From NCBI GenBank assembly GCA_028227395.1, contig JAOIZZ010000003.1, positions 63,077-127,076 on the forward strand: DNA of 64,000 bases, in the 5' to 3' direction. This document shows positions 47,206 through 57,241 of this stretch, piece after piece; position 1 is the stretch's first letter; each line of letters starts with the position of its first letter. The DNA comes from Woeseiaceae bacterium (GTDB lineage: Bacteria; Pseudomonadota; Gammaproteobacteria; Steroidobacterales; Woeseiaceae). Under the pieces are notes generated by a model that saw nothing but the letters and a program-made list of their open reading frames with translations, did not search any database and was not told where the DNA came from. The translations under genes were made by a program, and so were the position numbers.

Positions 47206-48735
47206 CTACTTTCTTTTTTCTGTCTGATAGAGTGCCTTAGAGAGTCCAAGTATCATTAGTATTAAAACAATTGAAAATGGTAATGCAATAGCAGTAGTTG
47301 CTGTTTGAAGTGCAACTAGACCTCCAGTCAGAAGAAGTAATCCAGCAACAAGACCAATTATGAAACCCCAGAATATTCTCAATGCTCTTGGTGGGTTCTT
47401 TTTACCACTACAGAGGATGGTACAGATGACAAGAGTTCCCGAATCAGATGAAGTTACAAACCAAGTTGCAATTAGTACTGTTGCTAATAAAACAACCGGC
47501 CAAGTTGCCCAACCTAAATTAAGTAATTCAAAAGTCCTAAATAGAGCTTGTGTCATATCTTGATTGACAGCCTGAATCAGATTACCTGACTGGTTCAATT
47601 GAAGGTCTAAAGCTGTTGCTCCTAGAACACATAACCAAATAAATCCGATGAAGGTGGGCACAAGTAAGGTTCCAATTACGTATTCTCTTAAAGTACGCCC
47701 TCTTGAGATCCGGGCCATAAACATCCCCACAAAAGGGCCCCAAGAAACCCACCAACCCCAATAAAAAAGTGTCCATGCAGTCTGCCAACCAATTTCATTA
47801 CTTGGGTCGACCCAAGTACCCATTGGCAGAAAAGTACGCATGTAATCTATGCTCCCATAGAAAATTGAGCTGATAATGGCCAGTGTTGGTCCTGCAAAAA
47901 GAAAACAACCAATAAGGATAATACATAACCAGATATTCAATTCACTGAGTTTACGAATACCCCGATTAACTCCCGATACTGCAGACATAGTGGCTATTGC
48001 AGATACTACTAAGATTATTCCTAATTTAAATAAAGGCGTGACCTCAATATTAAAGAGATACTCTAAACCACTAGCCATTTGTGAAGCTCCAAGACCTAAG
48101 GTCACAGCAATACCAAATAAAGTGCTAAAAACAGCTAATAAATCTATGAAATCACCAGTTAATCCATAAATTCGATCACCAATAAATGGATACAATGAGG
48201 ATCTAATTGTTAATGGAAGTCCTTTTCGATACGAAAAATATCCTAAGCATAAACCGACAACAGAATATATTGCCCAGCCATGCAAGCCCCAATGAAATAG
48301 TGTGATTCTTTGTGCAATAACAGCTGCTTCATTGGTGATTGGCTCGATATTTTCCATAGCAAGAAATGGATTTTGTTGTAAGTGTAAAATGGGCTCAGCT
48401 ACGCCAAAAAAAAGGATGCCAGTTCCAATGCCTGCTCCAAATAGCATTGAGAACCATGAGAATCTAGTAAATTCTGGTTTTTCTCCATCTTTTCCTAAGG
48501 TGATATGCCCGTATGGCGAAATAATTATGAGTAAGGTGAAGATCATCACAATAGTGACTATCCATATTAAATAACTAGAAAAATAATTGGTTATTAGTAT
48601 TTGCCAATACATAACAAACTGATTAACTAGTTCTGGACTGCTCAAGATAAAACTAAGGAATGAGCCTATTAGTATTGTGGCCGTCATAGCAAGACGTATG
48701 TTAGTTCCTTCTAGGTGACCCATTAATCTTTTCAT
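47206..48735 (-). CDS. BCCT family (betaine/carnitine/choline) transporter, copy 2
   Basis: 509 aa. BCCT signature WTLFYWGWWVSWGPFVGMFMARISRGRTLREY. Confidence 0.85.
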   Translation of the reverse strand: MKRLMGHLEGTNIRLAMTATILIGSFLSFILSSPELVNQFVMYWQILITNYFSSYLIWIVTIVMIFTLLIIISPYGHITLGKDGEKPEFTRFSWFSMLFGAGIGTGILFFGVAEPILHLQQNPFLAMENIEPITNEAAVIAQRITLFHWGLHGWAIYSVVGLCLGYFSYRKGLPLTIRSSLYPFIGDRIYGLTGDFIDLLAVFSTLFGIAVTLGLGASQMASGLEYLFNIEVTPLFKLGIILVVSAIATMSAVSGVNRGIRKLSELNIWLCIILIGCFLFAGPTLAIISSIFYGSIDYMRTFLPMGTWVDPSNEIGWQTAWTLFYWGWWVSWGPFVGMFMARISRGRTLREYVIGTLLVPTFIGFIWLCVLGATALDLQLNQSGNLIQAVNQDMTQALFRTFELLNLGWATWPVVLLATVLIATWFVTSSDSGTLVICTILCSGKKNPPRALRIFWGFIIGLVAGLLLLTGGLVALQTATTAIALPFSIVLILMILGLSKALYQTEKRK

Positions 48736-48810
48736 TTAATCAATACTCCAATAAATCAGTTTGTGTAAAGTAAATTTCTAAAGAATTATTTTAAATATAT
48801 GATTCTATAA

Positions 48811-50334
48811 TTAACTTTCTGGCGGACTAAATACTCGAGCAAAATAATCTGTAATTTCATTTGTTAAATTCTCTGAATTATTATTTTTTATTCCTGAGAG
48901 TTTGAGTGCGAGTGTTTTTTTGAATTCAACCTGCATTTCACGTGCAATCTGAATCCTCTGTGCCTGAGGTGAGCCAGCTCCGTGCATTGATTCTGTAAGA
49001 TAACCAACTGCGTTTCTTCCTAAAGTCATATTTTCTATCAAACGAAGTATCCTTACTCTATTTTCCGTGGGGATATCTTTTTGACCTTTTAGATATTTTT
49101 TTAATAAGATTCCAATTTTTGGGTGATCAAAATCTTTTTGTGAAGGTAAGGTAGCGACTAATCCACCAGCGATATCTTGAGCTAATCTTCCAATCTCATA
49201 AGTAAATTTTGTCACATGATGTTTGCAGACATTCGCCAGCATATCATCACAAATATAAGCACCAGAAGTAGTCTCATGAGACTGATAGCTTGCCGCTATC
49301 CCGGTGGCATAAATTGTTTCATTGAGGTGAGTCATTTCAGTCAGTTTATCTTTTATATGTGATGCTTTTTCGACACCGTTGTATTCAGCAGCAGCAGCAG
49401 CGGCACCTATGAGAACATCCCCAACACCAGATTTACACACATAGCTGCGACGATGATAACAAGTAAATCGTTCCACTAGCATGGCTGAAAAATCATATTC
49501 ACCATCCATAAAAATTCTTTCATTAGGGATAAATACATTATCAAAAATGACCATGGCTTCTTGTCCAGCATATTCTGCATTTCCTACATCAATATCACCT
49601 TCGTCTAATGAGCGAGTATCACAAGATTGTCGTCCATAGATATAAGTAATTCCTTTTGCATCAGTTGGAATTGCACCAACTATTGCATAGTCTTTATCTT
49701 TTTCGCCCAATCTAAGTGTCGGCATGACTATCATCCAATGAGAATTCAAACATCCTGTTTGATGTGCTTTGGCTCCACTGATATAAACACCATTATTGGT
49801 TCTTTTGGTAATATGCACATATAAGTCTGGGTCGTTTTGTTGGTGAGGCGCTAAACTTCGATCCCCTTTAACATCTGTCATGGCACCACCGATTACAAAT
49901 CCGCCATTTTGAACCATAACGATAAATTCTTTGAACTTTTCATGATACGAACTATTATATTTTTCATCAATTTCATATGTTACTGAAAACAACGAATTCA
50001 GAGCATCCATTCCAACACAGCGTTGAAAGCAGGTTCCAGTTAGCTGACCAAGACGGCGCTGCATTTTATTTTGCATAACCACATCTTCAGATGACTGAGC
50101 AATATGTAAAAATCGGTTGATTCTTTTGTTGGTAAAAGGAGAGATTACCGATGCAATTTCTGGATTCTCAATAGCGAGATCATATGTTTTTGCTACGGCA
50201 TTAACTGAAGGTCTAATAACTGGATGATCAATCGGCTCATCTATCTGCTCACCAAAATAATAAACAGTTAGATTACGATTACGCAAACTATCAAAATAAT
50301 CTTCGCTTGTTTTTATGGAGATCTTTTTATTCAT
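48811..50334 (-). CDS. 4-hydroxybutyryl-CoA dehydratase/vinylacetyl-CoA isomerase-like protein (HpaB/AbfD superfamily)
   Basis: About 507 aa from the ATG at 50334. TGTCFQRCVGMDALN (CxxxC) and YHRRSYVCKSG resemble the AbfD [4Fe-4S] ligand regions as I recall them. The overall HpaB-family length fits. Confidence 0.6.
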   Translation of the reverse strand: MNKKISIKTSEDYFDSLRNRNLTVYYFGEQIDEPIDHPVIRPSVNAVAKTYDLAIENPEIASVISPFTNKRINRFLHIAQSSEDVVMQNKMQRRLGQLTGTCFQRCVGMDALNSLFSVTYEIDEKYNSSYHEKFKEFIVMVQNGGFVIGGAMTDVKGDRSLAPHQQNDPDLYVHITKRTNNGVYISGAKAHQTGCLNSHWMIVMPTLRLGEKDKDYAIVGAIPTDAKGITYIYGRQSCDTRSLDEGDIDVGNAEYAGQEAMVIFDNVFIPNERIFMDGEYDFSAMLVERFTCYHRRSYVCKSGVGDVLIGAAAAAAEYNGVEKASHIKDKLTEMTHLNETIYATGIAASYQSHETTSGAYICDDMLANVCKHHVTKFTYEIGRLAQDIAGGLVATLPSQKDFDHPKIGILLKKYLKGQKDIPTENRVRILRLIENMTLGRNAVGYLTESMHGAGSPQAQRIQIAREMQVEFKKTLALKLSGIKNNNSENLTNEITDYFARVFSPPES

Positions 50335-50424
50335 TTTTATTCGACCACCCTCGTATCGAAATTTAACCATATAATCTTTAACTTATTTGAATCGATTTTG
50401 TGGATTTCAGTTTTCAGATAAGCT

Positions 50425-51774
50425 TCATACTACAACATAAGCAATAGCAATATAAAAAATCGACGCAGATCCTGCTGCAATTAAAGCATATGGAAATTGT
50501 GTTAGCGCGTGTTTCATAGGACTAATATCACAACTTTGTGCTGAAAGCACAGTGGCATCTGTATAGAAGCAGGCATGACTTCCAAAGGATCCTGCCGAGA
50601 GTAGAGCGCCTATAATTAGTGGGATAGGTACTTCTAGAGCGACACCTAAAGGCATTACTATTGGTATTGCAATGGCAAATATTCCCCAATTTGAAGCTGT
50701 GGCGAATGACATGAATGCCATAGAGATAAATACAATCACTGGGAATAAAATAGGTGACATAAAGGGCTTAACTGATTCCATAATAAATTGTGGAAAACCC
50801 AATTGATCATTAATCGTTTTAAACATGAAAGCAGCTATAACAATCATCAAAGGTGGAATCATTATTTTAAAACCCTCAAGCATTGCATCGAGGGCTGCAT
50901 ATATATTGATCAACTTTAAACCTATAATGATTGGCACAGTAAGCATTAATGCTGCAATAATACCTTTTAACAAATCAATATCGTTCAACCATGTAAACGC
51001 AATAAGTACAATTAAAGGAAGAATAAAAGCCCACATATTAGCTTTTTGTTTTGGATTTTTTTGCTGCATGTCTTCAGTTAGTTTTTCTGTACAATCTTTT
51101 TGAGATGCAATGACCTCCTCATTTAGCATCGGACCAATAAGCGGAAATCGACCAGTTGCGACAAATGGTACAAGAAAAAGAGCGATTATTGGATAAAACA
51201 TAAAAGGTATAGCAGCAATATAATGACTCATTCCACCACCTAAAGGGATCGCATCAGTTGATTCAAGAATTACAGAGAAATATACTGCCCAAGTAGATAT
51301 AGGGATTAAAACACATGTTGGCGCTGCAGTGGAGTCAACAATATATGCAAGCATAGACCGTGATACTTTGAATTTATCGGTTACTTTTTTCATTGAATTA
51401 CCTATTACGATTGCATTGAGGTAGTCATCTAAAAACATTGTTAGTCCAAGCAGCCAAGTAATAATGAGTGATTTATTTCTGGTATTCGCTTTTTTTGTCA
51501 TTGTATCTGTGAATGCGGCAACACCCCCAGTCGCAATTAATAAATAGAACAAGCTTCCCATTAAACCACAGACCATTATTATCCATGCGATTTGAGGGTC
51601 CTGCATGACCGAAAGAGTTATATCAGAAAAAGAGCCAAGTAAATTTTCTGGAGAAACTAACAATATACCAACTACAACACCAGTAATAAGGGCTGCGACT
51701 GGTCGATTAGTCAGTATTGCGGTTGCAAGAACCACAATAGTGGGTATCAATGTTATTAAACCTGCATTCTCCAT
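50425..51774 (-). CDS. NhaC-family Na+/H+ antiporter-like transporter
   Basis: About 449 aa from the ATG at 51774 (the track start 51807 is a TTG). It is polytopic, and its repeat organisation and length are typical of the NhaC family. Confidence 0.65.
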   Translation of the reverse strand: MENAGLITLIPTIVVLATAILTNRPVAALITGVVVGILLVSPENLLGSFSDITLSVMQDPQIAWIIMVCGLMGSLFYLLIATGGVAAFTDTMTKKANTRNKSLIITWLLGLTMFLDDYLNAIVIGNSMKKVTDKFKVSRSMLAYIVDSTAAPTCVLIPISTWAVYFSVILESTDAIPLGGGMSHYIAAIPFMFYPIIALFLVPFVATGRFPLIGPMLNEEVIASQKDCTEKLTEDMQQKNPKQKANMWAFILPLIVLIAFTWLNDIDLLKGIIAALMLTVPIIIGLKLINIYAALDAMLEGFKIMIPPLMIVIAAFMFKTINDQLGFPQFIMESVKPFMSPILFPVIVFISMAFMSFATASNWGIFAIAIPIVMPLGVALEVPIPLIIGALLSAGSFGSHACFYTDATVLSAQSCDISPMKHALTQFPYALIAAGSASIFYIAIAYVVV

Positions 51775-51799
51775 TTCATTGATCCTTTTAAGTTTTAAT

Positions 51800-53017
51800 T
51801 TATGCAAATGTTCTGGTCAAAAACCAGAAAAAACCAAGACCAAATAAACTACCAGAAAGAATAGATGGAAGCGGTTCCTTAATTAATGACTTCGTAAAAT
51901 AATAAATTATCCAACATAAAGAAATGATACAAACTTGTCCAAACTCCAGCCCCAAATTAAAGCCTAGTAATGGCCATAAAATGTTGTTGGTAGTCATACC
52001 AGTCTCGCTGAGAAATCCAGCGAATCCTAACCCATGTGCAAAACCAAACAAAAGAGCCATTATCAGTAGTAGATATTTTGTTTTTTCAAAAAAGTGATTA
52101 TAAGAAATTTTACAAAGATTTAAATAACTGTAAGAAAATATTCCTAAGCCAAAATAGCAGATTAGATCTCGAGATGAAATCTTACCAAAATAGAATGCCA
52201 CTATACCTAGACTAACTAATAGAATAGTGAAGCTATTAGTGAGTAATAATTTATTATTATTTTTATAGTTACTATATTCAATTGCCATCAACATGATAGT
52301 GAAGCCTATAACAATTTCTACGATGCGACTATTTGTTGATACCATACCTGCGGTAGCGGCAAATAAACTGGCACTGTGCCCTACCGTAAAACCAGTAATT
52401 GCAATAATACTACGTTTGATTGAAGCGGCAACTAAGAGTATTCCAAATAAAAATGCAAGGTGATCATAGCCACCTAATATGTGTTCCATTCCAAGTATAA
52501 AGAAATTACCAAATGATTGATTTTTCTTTACCATTTCGCTGGTATTTATTTCCCAAGGAGAGGAGGTATTCTTTACAAGTAGTTCCGAGATCAGCTGACC
52601 TTGATAATAGATTTTTGCAAAGTGAGTATGCGAAGGTGAGAGTTCAAAGATTGCCCTGTAATCAATTTTTGTGGGCGGAGTTTGTGGGCAATTAAATTGC
52701 AATTCGATTCTAATAAATCCCTCGGATGCTTTTAGTATATTACTTGGCCCAAGTGAGCAAATTGTTTGCTCGCTAAAAACACGTACATTATTTTTTGCAT
52801 GCTCTAAGAATGAAGAAGAAAGCGGGTTATTATTCTGCTTTATTAATGGCAAACGAGTTACTTCATGACTTGGAATAGTAATTATTCCAGCTATATCCTT
52901 ATTCAGTACAGTCCAATTTGAGTAACTTTCACTTTTACTATGCCCGAATGAATTGGTTGCCATAATAGACCAAGCTATTATAAAAATAATTGATTTGATG
53001 ATTGATTTAATCGTCAT
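51800..53017 (-). CDS. HupE/UreJ-family membrane protein with an N-terminal periplasmic domain
   Basis: 405 aa. A signal peptide and a soluble domain of about 170 aa are followed by the TM region with HILGGYDHLAFLFGILLV (HupE/UreJ motif). It overlaps the upstream gene by 11 nt. Confidence 0.7.
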   Translation of the reverse strand: MTIKSIIKSIIFIIAWSIMATNSFGHSKSESYSNWTVLNKDIAGIITIPSHEVTRLPLIKQNNNPLSSSFLEHAKNNVRVFSEQTICSLGPSNILKASEGFIRIELQFNCPQTPPTKIDYRAIFELSPSHTHFAKIYYQGQLISELLVKNTSSPWEINTSEMVKKNQSFGNFFILGMEHILGGYDHLAFLFGILLVAASIKRSIIAITGFTVGHSASLFAATAGMVSTNSRIVEIVIGFTIMLMAIEYSNYKNNNKLLLTNSFTILLVSLGIVAFYFGKISSRDLICYFGLGIFSYSYLNLCKISYNHFFEKTKYLLLIMALLFGFAHGLGFAGFLSETGMTTNNILWPLLGFNLGLEFGQVCIISLCWIIYYFTKSLIKEPLPSILSGSLFGLGFFWFLTRTFA

Positions 53018-53858
53018 TTATTTTATTTAGCTTAATTGTGGCACTTTCTTTTAAGTTATTAATATATTGTCTGAGCTTTTCGTCAGCTCTGTATCTCATG
53101 TATTCATTAATTACCTGGTATTTGATTTCGTCAAAAGGTTGAGTAATTGATTCTTTTCGCTGAACAATTTCTACTACATACCATCTACCTTGTGAGAAAT
53201 TAACAACTGTTTTTTGCTCAGGATTACTAGCCACCAGAGTAACAAGCGTTGGTCCAATATATTCTCTAAGTTTGTTCATAGTGAGTAAACCTTGAGGAAT
53301 ATTTTTTAGGAGACGTGTATTTTTTTTGTCAGGTATGACTTTATTTTCCTGAATAGCTATTTTAATTGATAGTGCATCATTTTCAGTCGCCGCGATCCAG
53401 ACTTTTACTGCGATGGCACCTGGGTAAGTGAACCGCTCTTGATGCGAGTTATAATATTCGACAAGCTCATCATCGCTCGGTTGTATGGCTGCAACTTCAT
53501 TATTAATGGAGGCTATTAGTGCTCTTACAATAGCACCTCTAACATCATTATCAGTATCTAAAATACCTAAAGCTAAACCTCTTTGAACTAGCAGTTCTTC
53601 TTCAATCAATCTTTGTAATACCCATTCACGATCAATGGTGCTTAATTCATCTTTTGTATCAGTATTAAATCTATCTAGGGCCTGTAAATAAGTTTCTTTG
53701 GAGATTATTGCTTTATTGACTACAGCAGCAACTTCACTACCTTCGAGTTGATCACTGTTGATTTCGGTGAAGATGCCATAACCAGCAAATATTAATCCAA
53801 TAAATGCACCGACGAATAGCCATACTAAATTAGTATTATAATTTTTGCTTCGCATCAT
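53007..53858 (-). CDS. membrane-anchored SurA/PpiD-like chaperone, degenerate parvulin-type PPIase domain
   Basis: 283 aa. An N-terminal TM anchor (LVWLFVGAFIGLIFAGYGIF), a SurA_N-like helical region, then a parvulin-sized domain lacking an obvious catalytic signature. Confidence 0.5.
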   Translation of the reverse strand: MMRSKNYNTNLVWLFVGAFIGLIFAGYGIFTEINSDQLEGSEVAAVVNKAIISKETYLQALDRFNTDTKDELSTIDREWVLQRLIEEELLVQRGLALGILDTDNDVRGAIVRALIASINNEVAAIQPSDDELVEYYNSHQERFTYPGAIAVKVWIAATENDALSIKIAIQENKVIPDKKNTRLLKNIPQGLLTMNKLREYIGPTLVTLVASNPEQKTVVNFSQGRWYVVEIVQRKESITQPFDEIKYQVINEYMRYRADEKLRQYINNLKESATIKLNKINDD

Positions 53859-53879
53859 TGGGACGTTTAGAGGAATTAA

Positions 53880-56213
53880 TTAATTTAGAGAAGCTTGAGT
53901 ACTGTCGTTATCCCAATCTACAAAGATCGGCGAAGACCAAGCACGCTCTTCGTTAACTGCCAGGCAATCATCATTCATATCCCCACGCCGATCTCCGTAA
54001 CAGAGATTAACTTTTTTACAGTTACCCTCTGAATCGTACTCACACCTGAGATTTTCAGCATTCACAGCAAGGCTTGGTGATTCGATCGCTCTCACGTAAT
54101 AAACAGCGTCCCTTCCCAGTGACGGATACTCCTCATCAATAAAATTAACTTCACAGCCATCAGGATCGGCTTTGCAGTCGAAGGTTTTCCATGGATCTTG
54201 AATTAGACCAGATATATCCTCATTGGGTGTAATTTGAGGAAGTATTCGAATTACTTCAATACGCGTAATCAGTTTTCTAGTATCTGATGGATTATAGCAT
54301 TCCCCACGGCATAAGTTTTCCAAACGCTCTGGTGTCAGTGCATTATAGGTATAATCTGGACAACCAGGTTTTTGTTCAAAGGCACCAACTGCTCTCACTT
54401 CAAACTCAGGCGCAGAAGACATAGCAACTTCATCACCCATATTGACGGAGGCATTTATTCCATTATTTTTTGTATTAAACCATAGTAATATCCGATCACC
54501 ACTAGTTCCATAAACCGCTTTTTTTTGCATGGAATCCCAAATAGAGTTTCGATCTCTACCATTTGAATGGACAGCCATCAATCCACCAGTCGTGAAAAAT
54601 GAAGCTTGTCTTTCTCGCTCAGTAATCATTAAGGGTACTATGTCCAATCTTCTTACTTTTGAGGTAGTTTTGATCAAATTTAAGTCTTCTCGTCCAATCA
54701 TCAAATCGGATCCTACATCGATATTATCTGATGAGGCGATTGGCTCGCCATCATTAAAACGAAAAGCGCGTTCAGCAGTCTTAGTAGCTGGTCCAAGAAC
54801 TGATTCTGTCATTCCTCTCCTTGAAAATTCCTTATATCCAGTTCCTGGCCTTGCTGAATGATTATCACTTGAGGCCATAAAGCCAAACCTAAATCGACGA
54901 GGATTTTCAGGGTCATCAAAATTTGTCTGTGCCATGATGTATTGTGCAGCTCCACCAGGACGATAATTAAATGCAGGTATATAACAATCTTTACACTGCC
55001 CAGAATCCAACCAATCTTCTGGACCTTCACCTCTAACAGTCAAATGACCACCGGTACCAGCATTGACATAATCTTGTCTTGCAGTAGCCGCTCGCTTCTG
55101 ACACTCATAAGGCGATTCACCAATGGCTAAACATCGATCTTCAATTATTTGTCCAGCTCGATGACATGATGGAAGGTAATCATCAGATGGAGCTGGACAA
55201 ATTGGTTGTTGCTTGTCATTCATTACAGTGGCCCTAAAATCTCGATATTCTTCTGAGTTTCCATGACCTGAAAATACCTCGAGAAGTGTTTGTCTATTAG
55301 GATCGAAATTATCACCAATAAGTTGTTTATTAAATTCAGAGGCAGGAGGAGTATAGAAACCCCAAGTAGTTCCATGCGGAATAACCATTGACTCAAAACC
55401 CCAATCATCTAATTTAGAGAAAAGTTCTGCTGGTGTTTCTGCACCCTCTCGACAATCACTTGGCAATTCCCATACGGATTTTCCAAGTTCACATTCTTCT
55501 GACTGCCTAAGCTCATGTAAATAGAGGTTGAAATCAAGCATTCTTTGATTCGGGTCTAATGCAAATAAAATAGGCCCATTTCTTAATGGCAGACCTCTCA
55601 AAGCAGAGTTAGCAATACCACCTGAATGAATTGGTCTTTTGGGAACTTTTTCAGTTTCAATATCTCTAAATATTACATTTTTATGGCCAAAATGAGTATC
55701 TGGGGTAGCTCCCACTTGTGTCCATTCCCAGCCTAAAAAAGCCACTGTATCTGGATTTGGGCCATTACCTCCTACTGCATTACACTGTTGAATAGAGCTA
55801 ACAGTTTCTGACCAGCGCCTGGGAGTAGATGCCTCGGCATGATCATTAATTGACCAAAAATCAAGTGCCGAACAAAATCTAGCAAAATCACATGCATCAG
55901 CAAGTGGATGAGAGCCTTCACCTTGAAGCATTGGGAGACTTCCTAAGAATGCATCAAATGAGAGAGTGGTATGAGCATGCAAGTCACCAAATAAAATCTG
56001 TTTAGTATTATCTGCATTAATGTTTGTGGCTGCTCGAGTTTGTATTTGAGTTCTTTCTTTAATTATCTCTTTTGGAATCATTTGGTTGGTAATTTTACCC
56101 GGCCCATCATGAATACCTAACCAGCCATAGGTGATTACAAAAAATAAACCTACAGCTATTAAAGTTAGAGTAAATAAAATAAATATAATTTTATTTATTG
56201 ATTTAGAGGGCAT
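53880..56213 (-). CDS. DUF3604-family protein (PHP-like predicted metal-dependent phosphoesterase), membrane anchored
   Basis: 777 aa. An N-terminal TM anchor is followed by the family signature FGDLHAHTTLSFDAF and further His/Asp clusters (INDHAE, IPHGTTWG, SSDNHSARPG). Confidence 0.7.
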   Translation of the reverse strand: MPSKSINKIIFILFTLTLIAVGLFFVITYGWLGIHDGPGKITNQMIPKEIIKERTQIQTRAATNINADNTKQILFGDLHAHTTLSFDAFLGSLPMLQGEGSHPLADACDFARFCSALDFWSINDHAEASTPRRWSETVSSIQQCNAVGGNGPNPDTVAFLGWEWTQVGATPDTHFGHKNVIFRDIETEKVPKRPIHSGGIANSALRGLPLRNGPILFALDPNQRMLDFNLYLHELRQSEECELGKSVWELPSDCREGAETPAELFSKLDDWGFESMVIPHGTTWGFYTPPASEFNKQLIGDNFDPNRQTLLEVFSGHGNSEEYRDFRATVMNDKQQPICPAPSDDYLPSCHRAGQIIEDRCLAIGESPYECQKRAATARQDYVNAGTGGHLTVRGEGPEDWLDSGQCKDCYIPAFNYRPGGAAQYIMAQTNFDDPENPRRFRFGFMASSDNHSARPGTGYKEFSRRGMTESVLGPATKTAERAFRFNDGEPIASSDNIDVGSDLMIGREDLNLIKTTSKVRRLDIVPLMITERERQASFFTTGGLMAVHSNGRDRNSIWDSMQKKAVYGTSGDRILLWFNTKNNGINASVNMGDEVAMSSAPEFEVRAVGAFEQKPGCPDYTYNALTPERLENLCRGECYNPSDTRKLITRIEVIRILPQITPNEDISGLIQDPWKTFDCKADPDGCEVNFIDEEYPSLGRDAVYYVRAIESPSLAVNAENLRCEYDSEGNCKKVNLCYGDRRGDMNDDCLAVNEERAWSSPIFVDWDNDSTQASLN

Positions 56214-56305
56214 CTTTTATGTTCCTTTTTTCTCTTATACGTCAATTTAGTTCTTATATTTTTTCTCAATTTTTTATTCGAGAAAATTTAGCCTAAGATT
56301 AAGCA

Positions 56306-57238
56306 TCACTTATAAAGGGCCTCAAAGCAATAATGTTTTTCATTCAGATTAAAAATAATATCTGCTTTATTTGGCATCGTAAGTAAATTCTCTTTTGTCC
56401 ATCGCTCAAAATGTTGCATAAAAAAAGTTAAATGTTTTTCATGCATTAGATTAGTTTTATTTTGTTTATTTTCATTCATTAGTTTCGATTCTTGCTTAGC
56501 TCGCCAAATTTTTAAAATCTCCATATTTGGGGGATTGAGAAACAGTAAGCTATTAATTAAGTTAGATAGGTTTTGGTAGTTGTTAGTTAAGTGCCAATTA
56601 ACATAATTCCGCCATTTACCATCGGTATCCATGGACTTCTCCAGATGATTGATGGGCTCTATTAGAAGATTGGATTGAATTGGTTCACTTGCGACACACC
56701 ACCCCTCAATAATGATTAAATCTATAGGTCCAATTGCTTGCTGCCATTTTACTCTGGGTTCACGATCATCTTGCACTTTGTTAAATTGAGGGAGCAAAAC
56801 TTTTTCACCTAACTTAAGATTTTTCAGTTGATCAACACAATTTAATAATAAATTTATATCATGAGTACCTGGAACTCCCCTAGTGATTAATAAAGGATGA
56901 GTTGTCTTACTGAGGAGTAATCTTTCTTTTTTAGTGAAATAGAAATCATCAATTGATAACACTATGACATCACCAACCAAATCTGGTGCCATTGATGATT
57001 TTATAAAATCTGCTAATGTGGATTTTCCAGTTCCAATAGGACCATTTATTCCGAATATGTAGGGTGAAGATGAGTTAATTTTTTTTCTTAGCCATACAAC
57101 CAGTGGGATGTAATATTGAGATATTAAATTACTAAAATTTTTAGGTAAACGGTGTTTTTTGATAAAACAATTAATTAATTCTTTTGAAAATAACTGAGAA
57201 TAATCTGATTGATTTTGAGCTTTAATTTTCTTATCCAT
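56306..57238 (-). CDS. P-loop kinase (PRK/uridine kinase/glycerate-3-kinase-like)
   Basis: About 310 aa. Walker A GINGPIGTGKSTLADF and the ILSIDDFY motif, as in GLYK/TDA10-type kinases. ATG at 57238, 3 nt after the def stop. Confidence 0.5.
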   Translation of the reverse strand: MDKKIKAQNQSDYSQLFSKELINCFIKKHRLPKNFSNLISQYYIPLVVWLRKKINSSSPYIFGINGPIGTGKSTLADFIKSSMAPDLVGDVIVLSIDDFYFTKKERLLLSKTTHPLLITRGVPGTHDINLLLNCVDQLKNLKLGEKVLLPQFNKVQDDREPRVKWQQAIGPIDLIIIEGWCVASEPIQSNLLIEPINHLEKSMDTDGKWRNYVNWHLTNNYQNLSNLINSLLFLNPPNMEILKIWRAKQESKLMNENKQNKTNLMHEKHLTFFMQHFERWTKENLLTMPNKADIIFNLNEKHYCFEALYK

Positions 57239-57241
57239 CAA

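Noticed and set aside
56240-56275. TTTTCTC-N12-GAGAAAA inverted repeat after the kinase gene as a terminator
   Set aside because: The stem is AT-rich and 7 bp, the loop is 12 nt, and no clear U-run follows on the minus strand. It is too weak to call.
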